A DNA stretch of 63,691 bases, the filler included, from Folioceros fuciformis (lineage: Eukaryota): NCBI GenBank assembly GCA_049999805.1. It is 4 parts of 2 records of this genome, joined end to end, with 100 filler letters (N's around TTAATTAATTAA, not from the genome) between each part and the next. Parts side by side here need not be neighbours in the genome. Positions count along the whole stretch, not along the records: positions 39,413 to 62,006 come from JBNGIO010006317.1; positions 62,107 to 63,691 come from JBNGIO010006424.1; 2 more parts are not named here. One strand, written 5' to 3'. The notes below the pieces were generated by a model. That model was not told the DNA's origin. It was given only the letters and a program-made list of their open reading frames with translations, and did not search any database. Shown here in pieces: positions 60,886 through 63,691 of this stretch. The position numbers and the translations under genes are program-made. How positions within the stretch are numbered: the stretch's first letter is position 1; every line of letters starts with the position of its first letter.

Positions 60886-61746
60886 CTTCACAATTCTTTT
60901 TTTTTTTTTTTTGTAAGATCTTACATTGTGGGTGCCGTTTCCATGCAACCAAAGCGGGTTTCAGTTCACGAAAAATGAAGTGTACCGTTGTTTGGTGGGC
61001 GGCTGAATTTGACACGTGTGTCGTGCGGGACCATTTCCCCTCTCCTCGTTTGATGGTGAATTTTGGTACCGCCACGGCGGCTGGCCTGTTGGCGGTGCCC
61101 TACTGGGAGGTCCAGTACTCCAGTTCCCAGTGTCGTTCTTCGCGGGGTAGGAAGGGATTTTCAGGCCTCATCAGTCGGCCTTCGTTTCGAGCCGGTGAGC
61201 GGCATGAGGAACGTGTGCCAGGCGTGCAGTTTTTTTTCGGTTAGTTTTGTGCTAAAACGAAGGCTTGCGTGCTTGCACTTGCATCAGGAGACGAGCAAGT
61301 AAAAGTAAAATGCGAGGAAAGGAAGAAGATGGAGGAGAGGGGCCTGGCTGGGATGAGGCTTTCGGCCTCCATAATTGAAGACAGCGTACGAAAATGAGAA
61401 ATATCGTGAAACCGGCATCCTGTACCCAGTTGGCAGGCGGGCATAGGTTATGGCAAGATATTCGGCTTGTATTTCCGTGTCACGTTCGAATGCGCAGTGC
61501 GAAGGCGAGGACTGGCGATTGGCATATGCCGGAGGCGGAGTGGGAGAGGACGCAACGACACGGATTCAGTGTCATGGCCAGGGGTGGAATATGCTAGCAC
61601 CGTGTTTGCAGTTGGATGTGAAGCTGGCCAGCCCTGGAGCCTGAGTCCGAGTCTGAGTCTGAGTCTGAGGCGGAGTAGCGCAAGGGCCTGAGAGGATTCA
61701 TGGTGCGATCCATCTCCTTCATTGGCCGCCGCGCAGCGTGGTCACC

Positions 61747-62006
61747 ATGAGCCTTCAACTCAGGGTGGTGCCGCTGCCTCTGACTCTTCCGCTGTTGTGC
61801 CTTGACGGCTCCCCAGCCGGCCTCTGGGCTGCTCCGCCCCGGGCCCGAGCTGCCGCGGCCTCCAGGGTTGCCGGCCTTAGATGGCGTCTCGCCGTGGGGG
61901 GAGATGCCGGGGACGCCGCCGGTGAGGAGCGGGATCGGGAGCGGGAGAGTCAGGTGCTGGCGAAGGAGCGGCGGGATGTGGAGGCCCGCAACCTCGCTGT
62001 CTTCTC
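61747..62006 (+). CDS. 5' end of a probable organelle-targeted protein, truncated by linker
   Basis: GC-rich ORF MSLQLRVVPLP...RARAAAASRVAG... is open into the gap; product not identifiable. Confidence 0.45.
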
Positions 62007-62106
62007 NNNNNNNNNNNNNNNNNNNNNNNNNNNNNNNNNNNNNNNNNNNNTTAATTAATTAANNNNNNNNNNNNNNNNNNNNNNNNNNNNNNNNNNNNNN
62101 NNNNNN
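62007..62106. other. Artificial scaffold linker (N-TTAATTAATTAA-N)
   Basis: Same linker as at 22298. Confidence 0.95.
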
Positions 62107-63691
62107 CGAGACAGTCAAAGCATATAAACTTATTGACCCTGTTTCTCGACAACTAGTACTTGCCAGAAGTGTTACCTTTTTGGAATCCCTTTAGGCTGCT
62201 CCTATTCGAGATGAAGCACTTGATCCTTTTGAACAGCCTGAAGATTCAGATGTCCTTGATTATGAGCTTCCCGGTGTCATTTCTCTGTACCCCATGGATG
62301 TGGACGGCGCGGCCCCTAATTCTGCTGCAGGTAATCCTGGACAGGTCCTTGCTCAGTCACCACAAAATCCAGGACCAGCTCCTGCCCAGCTTCACAACCC
62401 TGGCCAGATCCTTGCCCAACCACAACCAGTTGCTGCTGGTCCCCATTATGATCCTGATCATACAGAACAGGATCCTGAGCATGGTAACCCAGATTTTGAT
62501 TTTTCTGCGGAAGATGGGGAAGATGACTTACCTCCTCCTCAGCTATCTGTAGATGTTGCCCCTGCTCCAGTTGACTCTGATGAGGCTGCTGGACCTCGAC
62601 GTTCATCAAGGCATAAGCCTCCACCTTCTGAATGGCAGGAACCCCCTTATGCAAGCATTGACTTCAGATGCCCTACTATTTCATCAGTTTCCTCCCCTCC
62701 TGAAGTCCCTCCAGAACCAGTATCTCTTACGGAGGCACTTACTGGACTAGATAAAGACAAGTGGAAATTCGCTGTTGATGACGAATATAATAGCCTAATC
62801 AAAAATGGCACATGGCGTCTGGTTCCTAGGCCTGCAAACAGGAAAGCCATTACCTGCAAATGGGTCTTTAAACACAAGCTCAATGCAGAGGGGCATATTG
62901 CCCGATATAAAGCTAGGTTATGTGCACGAGGATTTACCCAAGTCGCTGGTTTGGATTACCAGGAGACGTTTTCTCCAGTTGTGCGTGCTCAAAGTATTCG
63001 CATCATCTTAGCCCTTGCTGCACAATATGACCTTGAATTACAGCAGATGGACGTCTGCACGGCCTTCCTCCATGGTCTTCTTGAAGAAGAACTATATATG
63101 GAGCAGCCAGAGGGGTATGTAGACCCCGCACATCCTGACCACGTCTGCCAGTTAATCAAATGCCTGCATGGACTTAAACAAAGTGCAGAACGATGGTATA
63201 AAAGATGTGATACTGCCCTGAAGTCTCTTGGCTTCACACAGTGCAAAGCTGATTCAAATGTTTATATGTTTCGAGACGGATCTGCCTATGTTCTTCTTGC
63301 ACTCTACGTGGATGATGTCATCCTTGCAGCCAGTAACCCTGCCATCCTATCACATGTGAAGACACTCTTAAGAAATACCTTTGACATGACGGACAGTGGG
63401 GACCTTCTCTTCTATCTCGGGATTCAAGTCCTGAGGGTTAGATCAGAAGGGCTGCTCATCATTCATCAATATAAGTACATAGCAGAAATTCTACATCGCT
63501 TCAACATGGGCCAGGCCCATCTAGCCACTACTCCTGGTGCTGTAGGCACAAAACTTACCAGACATGAGTCTCCTGTGACAGATGCTGATCAACAGGACAT
63601 GGCTGATGTGCCTTATCGCCAGGCTGTTGGTAGCTTAATTTTCATCAGTAATTGGACCCGGCCTGATGTTCAACACTCTGTTAGCACAGTT
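62107..63691 (+). mobile_element. Ty1/copia retrotransposon pol fragment (post-integrase region and reverse transcriptase)
   Basis: KAYKLIDP, then a TAG at 62192-62194, then an open frame to the window end with NGTWRLV, CKWVFK, YKARLCARGFTQ..G.DY.ETFSPV, QMDVCTAFLHG, LHGLKQ, LYVDD and YRQAVGSL. Confidence 0.95.

Overview
Gene-dense nuclear DNA from a seed-free land plant, most consistent with a hornwort. This is an inference from ~100-bp introns, abundant PLS-class PPR genes with LL-like motifs and a WW-type PG box, and a nuclear copy of mitochondrial rps7. The window is an artificial concatenation of four pieces joined by N-TTAATTAATTAA-N linkers (22298, 39357, 62051), so adjacency across those points is meaningless. 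About 15 apparently intact genes were found: a secreted His/Pro-repeat protein, a secreted vanadium-haloperoxidase-like PAP2 enzyme, three PLS-E+ PPR proteins, a SAG18/ceramidase-like protein, a DUF4864-like protein, a ZIP zinc transporter with ZDRE boxes, YBEY, RPS7, a GRAS factor, NDX, TBCB, GNAT10, an intronless NAPE-synthase-like gene and NASP. There are also PPR and aspartic protease pseudogenes and LTR, LINE, MULE and Harbinger remnants. The top finding is hidden from the ORF track: two spliced upstream exons put a complete OSB-type PDF single-stranded-DNA-binding motif in frame on a PLS-class PPR editing-type protein (8138-10912). The second is an 8-exon, bacterial-style vanadium haloperoxidase-like gene beside an unusual His-rich secreted protein. 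Splice models were derived by eye; no database searches were run.
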